Shown here one piece after another: positions 16,231 through 24,138 of a stretch of DNA of 25,701 bases. This stretch comes from a virus (lineage: Duplodnaviria; Caudoviricetes). Position 1 is the stretch's first letter. Every line of letters begins with the position of its first letter. The translations under genes were made by a program, and so were the position numbers. The notes below the pieces were generated by a model, which searched no databases, had not been told where the DNA came from, and saw only the letters and a list, made by a program, of their open reading frames with translations. The stretch is from IMG/VR virus record IMGVR_UViG_3300038520_002359, positions 1 through 25,701 of that record. The stretch is one strand, 5' to 3'.

Positions 16231-16333
16231 TTGAGCTCCTTAATTTTCTGAAATCAGCGCCAGTAATTTTATTACGAGGTGCAGCAACCCTAGCTATTTT
16301 TTTTTGCTTTGGACTGTATTTTTGAAATGGCAT
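16202..16333 (-). CDS. Small basic protein (43 aa)
   Basis: Not in the ORF track: MPFQKYSPKQKKIARVAAPRNKITGADFRKLRSSNAKKSKKRR. TAATG coupling upstream. Confidence 0.6.
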   Translation of the reverse strand: MPFQKYSPKQKKIARVAAPRNKITGADFRKLRSSNAKKSKKRR

Positions 16334-16419
16334 TACTTTTTCTTCTTGATCTTGGGTAGTGTTTTTTTCTTTGGTGGGCGACCTACTTTACTTCCGTATG
16401 TTCCTTTTCCTCTTGGCAT
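16333..16419 (-). CDS. 28-aa basic micro-protein with an AT-hook-like GRP core
   Basis: Not in the ORF track: MPRGKGTYGSKVGRPPKKKTLPKIKKKK. An SD-like GGAGGA precedes the ATG, and the stop is coupled to the next ATG. Confidence 0.7.
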   Translation of the reverse strand: MPRGKGTYGSKVGRPPKKKTLPKIKKKK

Positions 16420-16442
16420 ATTTTATCCTCCGTTGGTTGTTG

Positions 16443-16631
16443 CTATGGTTCTCTGAATGTTGATTTGTAGATAGCTTGAGCAGCCCTCTTTTGAGCTTCA
16501 GTTCTTTTATCTGGACCTTGTGGCGGTTTTAAAAGATCATCTATCTGCTTGTCAGTCAATGGCTTTCTTTTATAAATGCCTTTGATTGGTTTAGCTATGG
16601 ATATAACTTTACTTGCAGGTCCTAGTGGCAT
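16443..16631 (-). CDS. Small basic hypothetical protein
   Basis: 62-aa ORF in a co-oriented cluster. Confidence 0.55.
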   Translation of the reverse strand: MPLGPASKVISIAKPIKGIYKRKPLTDKQIDDLLKPPQGPDKRTEAQKRAAQAIYKSTFREP

Positions 16632-16636
16632 AATCT

Positions 16637-16792
16637 TTAATCTTTTCTTTTATTGTGGAAATCAAACAGAACTTTGACTTTTTCCGTAAGAGCTTCGATG
16701 TTGTAGTGCATACGAGCCAGCACAACAATGAGCGTAATGATACCGATTGACACTGGCCACAAGGATGCGATGATTTGCAGTATTTCATTCAT
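16637..16792 (-). CDS. Small single-TM membrane protein (51 aa)
   Basis: Not in the ORF track: MNEILQIIASLWPVSIGIITLIVVLARMHYNIEALTEKVKVLFDFHNKRKD. ATGA overlap with the upstream holin-like gene. Confidence 0.65.
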   Translation of the reverse strand: MNEILQIIASLWPVSIGIITLIVVLARMHYNIEALTEKVKVLFDFHNKRKD

Positions 16793-17184
16793 TTAATGGT
16801 TGAGGATCCAAAATAGAATCCGACGATGGCTAGAACTGTTTGGCGAACTTCGGGCAAAATCAGGTAACCGCTAAGGGTCTGATACTTGATTCCCTTGAAT
16901 AGACCAAAAAAGTGAGATGTCTCCTGTCCTACAGTGACTCCCTCTGGGCTGTGAGCCAACAAAAATGGGGCTACAACGACCGCAAACAGGACAGTGCATA
17001 CGATGACCCTTCTGACCCACTCACCGCCCCTTGTAGAGGCTTTTTGGTGGCTTTCGTCGGCGGCTGCTTGCTTCTTGATCATAGCTTCCACAGTGCTTTG
17101 CTGGTTGGAAACTAACTGTCCAATCAGTTTGAATATAAAACCAGAGGCTCCACCTCCGAGCATTGCTATGAGTTCTGTTGTCAT
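16789..17184 (-). CDS. Holin-like membrane protein
   Basis: Two to three hydrophobic segments and a C-terminal IVGFYFGSS motif typical of 3-TM holin-like phage proteins. Confidence 0.6.
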   Translation of the reverse strand: MTTELIAMLGGGASGFIFKLIGQLVSNQQSTVEAMIKKQAAADESHQKASTRGGEWVRRVIVCTVLFAVVVAPFLLAHSPEGVTVGQETSHFFGLFKGIKYQTLSGYLILPEVRQTVLAIVGFYFGSSTIK

Positions 17185-17399
17185 TTTCTTTTTTTTCTTT
17201 TTTTTCTCGCTTCCATACCTAGCCCAGCATCTGTTCGTATAACCGAACCTGCAGCAGTAGAATCTTGACCAGATAGACTTTTAGAAACTTTTCGATAAGC
17301 GGGTGACTCAATTAATTTTCTTGCAAATGACACTATATTTTTAGCCCTCATTGCTGGAAGGAGAGATGAAGCAGTAGTTGGCCCCATAGATTCTGGCAT
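17181..17399 (-). CDS. Hypothetical protein with a poly-basic C-terminus
   Basis: 72 aa ending RKKRKKRK, with an ATGA overlap. Confidence 0.55.
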   Translation of the reverse strand: MPESMGPTTASSLLPAMRAKNIVSFARKLIESPAYRKVSKSLSGQDSTAAGSVIRTDAGLGMEARKKRKKRK

Positions 17400-17400
17400 A

Positions 17401-17562
17401 TTATTTATTTTTAAGTTCCTTTAATAATTTATGAATTGATAGTCCTAAAAAGACGAAGGTCATTATACCGACGACTAAACTAACTATACCATTAATATTT
17501 TGTAGCCCAATACAGGCAAAAAATCCAGTTGATCCTACAGTTCCTCTAAGCATAGTATCCAT
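17401..17562 (-). CDS. Small membrane protein, holin-like (53 aa)
   Basis: Not in the ORF track: MDTMLRGTVGSTGFFACIGLQNINGIVSLVVGIMTFVFLGLSIHKLLKELKNK. One to two TM segments and a basic tail. Confidence 0.6.
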   Translation of the reverse strand: MDTMLRGTVGSTGFFACIGLQNINGIVSLVVGIMTFVFLGLSIHKLLKELKNK

Positions 17563-17567
17563 AGCAT

Positions 17568-17798
17568 TTAGTCCTCTTCGGGCAGGGGAGTGTAGTAATT
17601 AACGGTTGATGCCTCCTCTGAATCATCGAGGTCGTATTTCGTTACGTCCAATGCCCAGGTGTGGTCAATGGTCTCAGCAGGGTAAGTAAGCCAACGCGTA
17701 CCTATACCATTAGTCCAATAGCTGTAGCCAATCTCCTTGCCTTCTTCGTCGGCTCGTTCAATGGCGGCTTCTTTGCTTGCGTATATTAGATAGAGCAT
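17568..17798 (-). CDS. Small acidic protein, possibly fibre-associated
   Basis: 76 aa, TAATG-coupled to the LamG-like fibre gene. Confidence 0.6.
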   Translation of the reverse strand: MLYLIYASKEAAIERADEEGKEIGYSYWTNGIGTRWLTYPAETIDHTWALDVTKYDLDDSEEASTVNYYTPLPEED

Positions 17799-19297
17799 TA
17801 TAAGAGAGTAATACCGTAGTGATTAGCGAGGTTAGTTTCTATAGCAGAACGACTGGCTGTTTGATCAGATAAGTAGAATATTACTTCATTTAATCGTCCA
17901 TCAGCAAATTGACCTGTGTTATTATGTTTTCCCATAGTGATACCATAATCACTTCCTAGGTCTGTATTATCAGCAACAGTTGTGTCAACAACACTTGATC
18001 CATTAAAAAATCCATCCAAATCTCCACTTGATGTCTTTATGCCAGTCATTATTGAAGTAGTGCCTAGCCCATCGCTAGCAACAGTAACTTCTTGCTGAGT
18101 TTTATTTGTGTTATCAGCACCTGGGTCGTAAATAAGTCGGAACTTAATGCTATTGTTATTTACTCCCATCTCAAAGGCAGTTTTACGACCTTGACTTGTA
18201 CCTTCCCTCATTGAAACCCATCCGCTATTTTGGTTTACAACTTGCTCATCTTTTTGAACAACAAACACTGAAACTTCTAAGTTAGGATCAAGGGTTTCAT
18301 CGGTAGTAATAAAGTGAGTTTCTGAATCCTTTTCAAATCTAATTGTTGGGTTAGAAAAACTATCAACATTAAGACTTCCGCCTTCAACAATAAGAGGTTG
18401 TTTAGAAGCGGTTGCTTGAACGGCATCCCTGCCGTTACCTGACTGGTCATACCAAGTCTCTACTGAGCCGTCCATCTCTTGACCAGTATAGGCAGCAAGT
18501 GTTCCATTTATTGTTGGTGAGTCCGATTGGTCAGATGTCCAGTTGCTTGCGGTTGTTCCGTGACCAGAAACAGAAAAGACTGTAGTGCCACTTTTTGAAA
18601 AAGAAATATTTGAAATAACCCCAGAGGCTTTTTGGTTTGTATCGTGCCTTGCACCTATTATTATATTTCCAGCGGTTGAAATACCAGAGTGAGTTTCAGT
18701 GCTACTTTGCACTGTTGTGCCATCAAGATCACAGAAAAAACTAGAGCCATCGTATCCAAATTTTATTAAATATTCTTTTCCACTTGTTAATGCCCCAGTG
18801 TTTACTTTTGCAGTGCCGTCACCACCGAACATAATTCCAATAGCACTAGATGCTGCAGATGGTTGTTTATAAATTTCAAATATATTATTATTTCCTGAAG
18901 AATCTGCAACACTCAATATTCTTCTGTTTAAATTAGAGTTTTCTACATAAACAAAATTAAAACTTAACTCAAAACTTTCATTTGATGACAAGCTGAAGTC
19001 TGAACCATTTGAGTAAGCTATGTAATTACTTGATCCATCAAAGTAAGCCCTACTGTTTAAAAGAGACTTGGTGTTATTTAAAACAAAATCAACCAAAGCT
19101 CCTGAAGATACCTCAGATACTGTAAAATCTTGCTCATCATTGCTGTTGCGACGCACACGTGCAGCCCTAGGGTCACCGCCAGTAAGACTACGGAGGCTGT
19201 ATGCCGCCGAAGGACCAGGAGCAATCTGCATGATGCTCTCTCCTATTTGGTTCAGCCGTCTCTGCCGACCCAGGGCTGAATCAAGGCTAACGTGCAT
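17798..19297 (-). CDS. LamG/concanavalin-like virion fibre or receptor-binding protein
   Basis: Motifs AAYSLRSL...RVRR...EQDF, VETWYDQSGNGRDAVQ..ASKQP and GRLNEVIFY...IETNLANHYGI; Ser/Gly/Thr-rich. Confidence 0.7.
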   Translation of the reverse strand: MHVSLDSALGRQRRLNQIGESIMQIAPGPSAAYSLRSLTGGDPRAARVRRNSNDEQDFTVSEVSSGALVDFVLNNTKSLLNSRAYFDGSSNYIAYSNGSDFSLSSNESFELSFNFVYVENSNLNRRILSVADSSGNNNIFEIYKQPSAASSAIGIMFGGDGTAKVNTGALTSGKEYLIKFGYDGSSFFCDLDGTTVQSSTETHSGISTAGNIIIGARHDTNQKASGVISNISFSKSGTTVFSVSGHGTTASNWTSDQSDSPTINGTLAAYTGQEMDGSVETWYDQSGNGRDAVQATASKQPLIVEGGSLNVDSFSNPTIRFEKDSETHFITTDETLDPNLEVSVFVVQKDEQVVNQNSGWVSMREGTSQGRKTAFEMGVNNNSIKFRLIYDPGADNTNKTQQEVTVASDGLGTTSIMTGIKTSSGDLDGFFNGSSVVDTTVADNTDLGSDYGITMGKHNNTGQFADGRLNEVIFYLSDQTASRSAIETNLANHYGITLL

Positions 19298-19298
19298 A

Positions 19299-19553
19299 CT
19301 AAACCTTGTGAAATGCTGCTAGTCCATTTGAATCCACTGTTCCTGCAGTGAATTCTCCGTACAAAATTGTTCCAGCACCAAATGATGTATTCAAGTTCGT
19401 TGGATTTGTTATGTTGTCAGCAGCTATACCAGAAAGCGTTGTATCCTTGAGGATTTGTATAGCGCCGTATGTGCCAGCAGGAGCTGCACCATTAGTTACA
19501 ATTACTGATCCAGCGGAGCTGAACTCCAGTGCGTTATTTCTTGATCTTGACAT
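19299..19553 (-). CDS. Small putative structural protein
   Basis: 84 aa, Gly/Thr-rich beta-type sequence. Confidence 0.6.
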   Translation of the reverse strand: MSRSRNNALEFSSAGSVIVTNGAAPAGTYGAIQILKDTTLSGIAADNITNPTNLNTSFGAGTILYGEFTAGTVDSNGLAAFHKV

Positions 19554-19559
19554 GGCGTT

Positions 19560-19568
19560 ATTATATCA
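19560..19568 (-). promoter_or_regulatory. Extended -10 promoter (TGnTATAAT), probably giving a leaderless mRNA
   Basis: TGATATAAT with 6 nt before ATG 19553, in a short intergenic gap. Confidence 0.55.
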
Positions 19569-19576
19569 GATTATTT

Positions 19577-20476
19577 TTATCGTGATTGTCGAGAAACATG
19601 AGTACTAAATCTAGTAGTAATGTTCTTGTTGTTTATATTATTTACTTTTTCTAGCTCTTGAGATAGGTTATTTTGAGCTAAAGCTTCAGCGGTATTGGCT
19701 TCCTCTATCTTGTATTGTGCCCTGAGCAGATCGGAGTAAACGGCATTCGTAATGAAGTAAAACCACTCCCTGGGTATATCCGTTGCATCCGTAGCGAAGT
19801 CAGAGAACTCTTTTTTGTAGGTTACATACGCTATCTTTGAATCCGTAGGGAACGGGTTCAGGATCTGTATGCCTTTGCTTGTGACAAAGAAATCGTATTC
19901 CAGAGATGAGTTGTTTACCAGGGGTCTGTTCCTGTGCACCCTGATTGCGTCATTAATGTTTGCTACATCAACAAGGAATGGGAATGGAGCCGTTCCAGCA
20001 GAAGCCTCGCTAGATGTAAGCTGCGAAGGGTAGGTAACAGTTCCCACTAAGGCTCCAGAATAAATAGCGGTGAGTCCAATAGTTGTGTCTCCAGTAACAA
20101 GAAAAAGAGTTCCACTCGTCGAGTTAGCAACTAAAGAAAATAGTTCAGTCGTTCCATCGGTATCGTATTTAGTATAAGCTGCGACACCATTTACAGTTCC
20201 GTTGCGCTGATACAATCCATAGGTATCTTCATTTCCTGCGCCGTAGACGAAGAAACTATCCTCGGATCTTTGAATCGTTTGATCACGAAGTATAGTCCTC
20301 GGTTCTCCTACAACAAGATACCTAGGCCAGCTAGAACTTGACTGATAAGCCTCGTAAGCCCTGGAGTTTATAAGATGCTTAATTCTTACCTGTTCTTCTG
20401 AGGTAAAAGATTCTACACCAAATTTTGCCTCTATTTGGTCAAGTATATTGGCGTATGTTTTTACCTCCAGGGACAT
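19577..20476 (-). CDS. Putative head-tail adaptor / tail tubular protein A-like
   Basis: Helical N-terminus (INSRAYEAY...WPRYL) and a C-terminal IP.EW..FI...VY helix; located downstream of the capsid genes. Confidence 0.5.
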   Translation of the reverse strand: MSLEVKTYANILDQIEAKFGVESFTSEEQVRIKHLINSRAYEAYQSSSSWPRYLVVGEPRTILRDQTIQRSEDSFFVYGAGNEDTYGLYQRNGTVNGVAAYTKYDTDGTTELFSLVANSTSGTLFLVTGDTTIGLTAIYSGALVGTVTYPSQLTSSEASAGTAPFPFLVDVANINDAIRVHRNRPLVNNSSLEYDFFVTSKGIQILNPFPTDSKIAYVTYKKEFSDFATDATDIPREWFYFITNAVYSDLLRAQYKIEEANTAEALAQNNLSQELEKVNNINNKNITTRFSTHVSRQSR

Positions 20477-20477
20477 G

Positions 20478-20783
20478 CTATGCTTTGTTCGGTGACATTC
20501 TTGGGAATGTCTTGTTGTAATGCTTTATGAATTCTTTTGAATGCACTTCATCGTGCCCGTATTTATTTGTCAATCTAAAGAAGTCCCTGGCTGGTATAGT
20601 AGCTACGCACTTGCCTAAGATTGGGTGCGTCTTACCTTTGTGCTCCTGAGCTTCTTTAGCAGCAACTTCAGTTCTGTATTTTTCGCGCTCAACTTCTAGC
20701 CTGTAACCATTCTTGATTTCACGCATGAAGGCACGATCAACTTCCCCGTCACTGTATTTCGGGACGCTAGTAATTATCTCCAT
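20478..20783 (-). CDS. Conserved hypothetical phage protein
   Basis: 101 aa with a VATIP motif; TAATG coupling. Confidence 0.65.
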   Translation of the reverse strand: MEIITSVPKYSDGEVDRAFMREIKNGYRLEVEREKYRTEVAAKEAQEHKGKTHPILGKCVATIPARDFFRLTNKYGHDEVHSKEFIKHYNKTFPRMSPNKA

Positions 20784-21163
20784 TAAGATTCAGCAGCTAC
20801 GTCGAAGTCAGGTGGAGAAAGTCTCAACTGAATACTATATGTCCGAACGAATTCATTCGCTGAACTATCCTCGGATGTAGTCCTTGATATAGTCAGCTTG
20901 GTGGGCTTGTCTGCACTAGCAAGAGCGTTGAACTTCGTAAAGAAAGCTTCGCAGATTGAGAATATTACCTCTCTGGTATCTCCAGTAGTTTCATGCCCCT
21001 CCGTGTCGGTAAGCGTGCTTAGAAGATTGTTACCTACACTAGCTCCAGAACTTTTTAGTATAACGCATGGACCAGATATAGTGCTTGATGCTCCATTCGC
21101 AAGAAAGGTATAGTTGGCGCTTCCAAAAAATTCGTCTGGGTTGTCGTATGATGTAAATGCCAT
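20783..21163 (-). CDS. Hypothetical protein
   Basis: 126-aa ORF after the capsid-operon terminator. Confidence 0.65.
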   Translation of the reverse strand: MAFTSYDNPDEFFGSANYTFLANGASSTISGPCVILKSSGASVGNNLLSTLTDTEGHETTGDTREVIFSICEAFFTKFNALASADKPTKLTISRTTSEDSSANEFVRTYSIQLRLSPPDFDVAAES

Positions 21164-21180
21164 TGTAAAAAATTTAAGTT

Positions 21181-21210
21181 AAAAAGGCGGGGGGCCGAAG
21201 CCCCCCAACC
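21181..21210 (-). terminator. Rho-independent terminator after the capsid/decoration genes
   Basis: GGGGGGC-UUCG-GCCCCCC stem with a C(UUCG)G loop, followed by GCC and UUUUU. Confidence 0.9.
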
Positions 21211-21221
21211 AGATTTAATTG

Positions 21222-21698
21222 TTAACCCTTGTAAGCAAGTGGTGACGCAGCCTTTGACCACGCTACAATCCACTCACCAGCAGTTAGGTCGCCAGTTGTA
21301 AGCGATTCGAACTCCATGATAAGACCAACATTCGCGTTGGTTGTATTGCAGGAATCCGCAACTCCAAGACCGTGAAGGCTTGTGTTGATCGCAGCAGCAC
21401 CAAGACCAGATCCGTCGAGCAGATTGTCTGGAGCAGTTGTGCTGTGATTACCAGTGCCAACATCGATTGTGAAGTTGGTGTCACCAGCAGCAGCTGTGAT
21501 AACGTAGGCTGTTACATACTCGATGTATTCGCCTGGGGCTACAGTGTCAAGAAGAACTTGATTTGCTGCACCGAGAAGACCAGAAGCTCCACTTGAGAGC
21601 AAGCTTTGGTTCTTGATGTCGTCGAAGTTGAACTTGAAATAACCAGTCCGACCTTTGGAGGACTCGTTGATAGTTAGGTTTACATTGTTAGTTGCCAT
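21222..21698 (-). CDS. Putative capsid decoration protein
   Basis: 158 aa, beta-rich, directly after the MCP and before a terminator. Strong SD AAGGAGGT. Confidence 0.6.
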   Translation of the reverse strand: MATNNVNLTINESSKGRTGYFKFNFDDIKNQSLLSSGASGLLGAANQVLLDTVAPGEYIEYVTAYVITAAAGDTNFTIDVGTGNHSTTAPDNLLDGSGLGAAAINTSLHGLGVADSCNTTNANVGLIMEFESLTTGDLTAGEWIVAWSKAASPLAYKG

Positions 21699-21716
21699 AG
21701 TATTTTACCTCCTTGT

Positions 21717-22751
21717 TTAAGCTACTTCAGTGATTTTACCATGAGCTTGAGGGTGCATGACGAGGGATGTCAACGCGCAGTCAACGTATCCTCTTTCACC
21801 AGCTCCAAGGTTAGGTAGGCGAGTAGAACCCATAGGAATAAGCTCAGAGATACCGAAGTACTCAGGATTGATTAAGTATCCGAAGTCCTTGTTGGTTGTG
21901 TCTGGAGCTGTGTCAGGGTTCATGTTTACTATACTGATCATACCGTGATCACTTTGGTACATTTCAACCGAAAGAGTGATTTGAGCATCGTTGCCGTCGT
22001 AAGATACCTTACGAACACCAGCGTTTGTTCCATTAGCAACATCAGCACCGAAACGAGCGAAATCAGTGATCTTACGACGAAGCGCAGTGTCAGCGATTAG
22101 AGTTAAGCTCTCTGCGTTACCAGTAACACGGAAAAGAGCAGTGATAAGTCCATTGAGCTTTGACTCGGTGAAAGCTCCAGTTGTAGTACCAGAAGTTCCA
22201 TGAATTTGATCAGCGCTTGTGCGGAAATCAGAAGGAACTGGGTTTACAGCTTGTGCGCCAGGCTGAAGCCATTTGTCAAGACCACGAAGAGCGTAAGGAG
22301 TGCCAGTGCCATTTTCAGCGGACATTTCATTTGAACCGATGATAGTAGCTTCTACGTCACGCTTTAGCTCGCGGATAGCCTTGGACTCAGCTTGAGCAAC
22401 CTTAGCAGGTCCAACGGAATCAACTGCTTCTTGTAGATCAGAAACAAGGTAATCACGACGGAACTTCTGAATGAAGTTACCAAGACGAGCACGCTTTTGG
22501 AACTTGTCTGTGAATGTTGTAATATCAGTACCTTCAGCGATACCAGTAGTTACGGGAGAAGCGAGAGAATCAACGGTCCATTCTACGAATGTAGACTTAG
22601 CCTTTGATTTATTCGCTGACGACAATACAGGTGTTTCTTCTGGAGCCAAGATAGTGAGGACATCCATGAGGTCCTCACGATTGGAAACAGACGATCCCTG
22701 GGTAGTAGTGCCTGACGGTGCAGGACTATAAGTATTAGAGATTGTTGACAT
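21717..22751 (-). CDS. Major capsid protein (DUF5309/SU10-like)
   Basis: Motifs NREDL.D......PEETP, EWTVDSL, RLGNFIQKFRRDYLVSD and ELKRDVE; portal-scaffold-MCP synteny. Confidence 0.88.
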   Translation of the reverse strand: MSTISNTYSPAPSGTTTQGSSVSNREDLMDVLTILAPEETPVLSSANKSKAKSTFVEWTVDSLASPVTTGIAEGTDITTFTDKFQKRARLGNFIQKFRRDYLVSDLQEAVDSVGPAKVAQAESKAIRELKRDVEATIIGSNEMSAENGTGTPYALRGLDKWLQPGAQAVNPVPSDFRTSADQIHGTSGTTTGAFTESKLNGLITALFRVTGNAESLTLIADTALRRKITDFARFGADVANGTNAGVRKVSYDGNDAQITLSVEMYQSDHGMISIVNMNPDTAPDTTNKDFGYLINPEYFGISELIPMGSTRLPNLGAGERGYVDCALTSLVMHPQAHGKITEVA

Positions 22752-22763
22752 AATTAATAATAG

Positions 22764-23864
22764 TTATTGTGAGAATTGCAATGTTCGCATTTTGATGAAG
22801 TCATTCTTGTTTCCGCTTTCTTTAAATCGACTGGAAGCAGCTTGAAGATTCTTCAATGCTGATGACACTTTTTTATCGGACCTAGCTGCACCTGGGGTTC
22901 CAGATGGCGGTTTCAATCTTGATGCCTTGACTGCTGCCTTCTTTTCGGGCTCAATCAAAGTTCTCTTCCCATACATGCTGTTAGCTGCGTGTGCCAAGAG
23001 GTAGGGTAACTGAGCAGAAACTTCTGGATCCATTCCTTCTAGATTAGAAAGTCTTGGATCTTTCAGCATCTCCTGATACTTTTGGTTTACCTCGTTGTCA
23101 TCTTGCAACCAGCTTAACTCTTCTTTGGCTTGATCCTCAAGGGATTCTTTGAGCTTTGCAGCACCTTGTCGCCTCTGAATTGTTTTCATTTGCGCGGGGA
23201 TGAACTTCTTTTCAGCCTTTCTAGCAGATAGCAGATGCTTCCTTACGTCAGCCTTAGTCAATTCCTTGCCTTCAACTTCAGTAATAGGATCATCGGCAGA
23301 ATAACCGTCACTGTTGAATATTAAATCCTCAGCCCATTCAATAACGCGCTCAACTTCTTCCTGCTGGTTTTGCAGTTCTTCTATTGAGTTTATATTCCTG
23401 TATGGGTTCTCGGATTCTTTTACCTTGGGCTCCAGCTTGCTGGACATCTCAGCCTTGAGTCTTTCGATCTCAGCCTCAGCTGCCTTGCGTTTTGCCGTTA
23501 GTTCTCCGAATCTAGCTACAGCTCGACTTCCGAGTTTATCGGAAAGCTCACGAAGCTCTTCATCGGACATGTCATCCAATTCGATTTTAGAAAGAACATC
23601 TTCTTCGCTTTCGGTTTCCTCTTCCTGCGGTTCTTCTTCCTCGGTTTCGTCAACTTCAGTCACATCTTCTGCGCTTACTTCAGGAGTTTCTTCTTCCTCC
23701 TGAACGACTTCTTCCTCAGTTTCCTCAACTGCAGTCTGATTATCTTGCTCTTCAACCTGAGAATTGATTTGACCAATTCTCATGTTTACGAACTCCGATG
23801 CTGATATGTTAGTCGCTTGCTTTGGTTCAGCTGCAGCGTCAGCTGTTTGATTAACTTCATTCAT
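22764..23864 (-). CDS. Capsid scaffolding protein
   Basis: Glu-rich N-terminus and coiled coil (RFGELTAKRKAAEAEIERLK), upstream of the MCP. Start moved to ATG 23864 to avoid overlap and fit the upstream -10. Confidence 0.75.
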   Translation of the reverse strand: MNEVNQTADAAAEPKQATNISASEFVNMRIGQINSQVEEQDNQTAVEETEEEVVQEEEETPEVSAEDVTEVDETEEEEPQEEETESEEDVLSKIELDDMSDEELRELSDKLGSRAVARFGELTAKRKAAEAEIERLKAEMSSKLEPKVKESENPYRNINSIEELQNQQEEVERVIEWAEDLIFNSDGYSADDPITEVEGKELTKADVRKHLLSARKAEKKFIPAQMKTIQRRQGAAKLKESLEDQAKEELSWLQDDNEVNQKYQEMLKDPRLSNLEGMDPEVSAQLPYLLAHAANSMYGKRTLIEPEKKAAVKASRLKPPSGTPGAARSDKKVSSALKNLQAASSRFKESGNKNDFIKMRTLQFSQ

Positions 23865-23901
23865 ATTATACGCTTTTTGCGCCAGCGATGGCGATGTTGT
23901 G

Positions 23902-23910
23902 ATTATAGCA
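23902..23910 (-). promoter_or_regulatory. Extended -10 promoter for the scaffold/capsid operon
   Basis: TGCTATAAT in the intergenic gap, followed by a short leader hairpin CGCCA-UCGC-UGGCG. Confidence 0.5.
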
Positions 23911-23922
23911 TACGATTTTTGT

Positions 23923-24138
23923 CTACATTTCTGAGAACCTTCTTCGTAAAGAATCCCAGTCACAAAGACTGATTATTTCATCGTACGCCAAAATTTTTCC
24001 TGAGACTTGACTCAGCTTGTCAATGTCAGCAGAATGCAGCTCCTGTATGGAGTCCTCACGCATTTTAACTATTTCTTTTGCCAGGACAGCGAAGGATTCG
24101 TGATGCCCCAGAGTTTCGAGTGCTTCCTGTAGATTCAT
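23923..24138 (-). CDS. Small hypothetical protein between portal and scaffold
   Basis: 71 aa, helical, TAATG-coupled to the portal; typical synteny. Confidence 0.7.
   Translation of the reverse strand: MNLQEALETLGHHESFAVLAKEIVKMREDSIQELHSADIDKLSQVSGKILAYDEIISLCDWDSLRRRFSEM

Noticed and set aside
23865-23963. N-terminal extension of the scaffold ORF given in the track
   Set aside because: It overlaps the upstream gene and spans the candidate promoter; ATG 23864 is the more plausible start.
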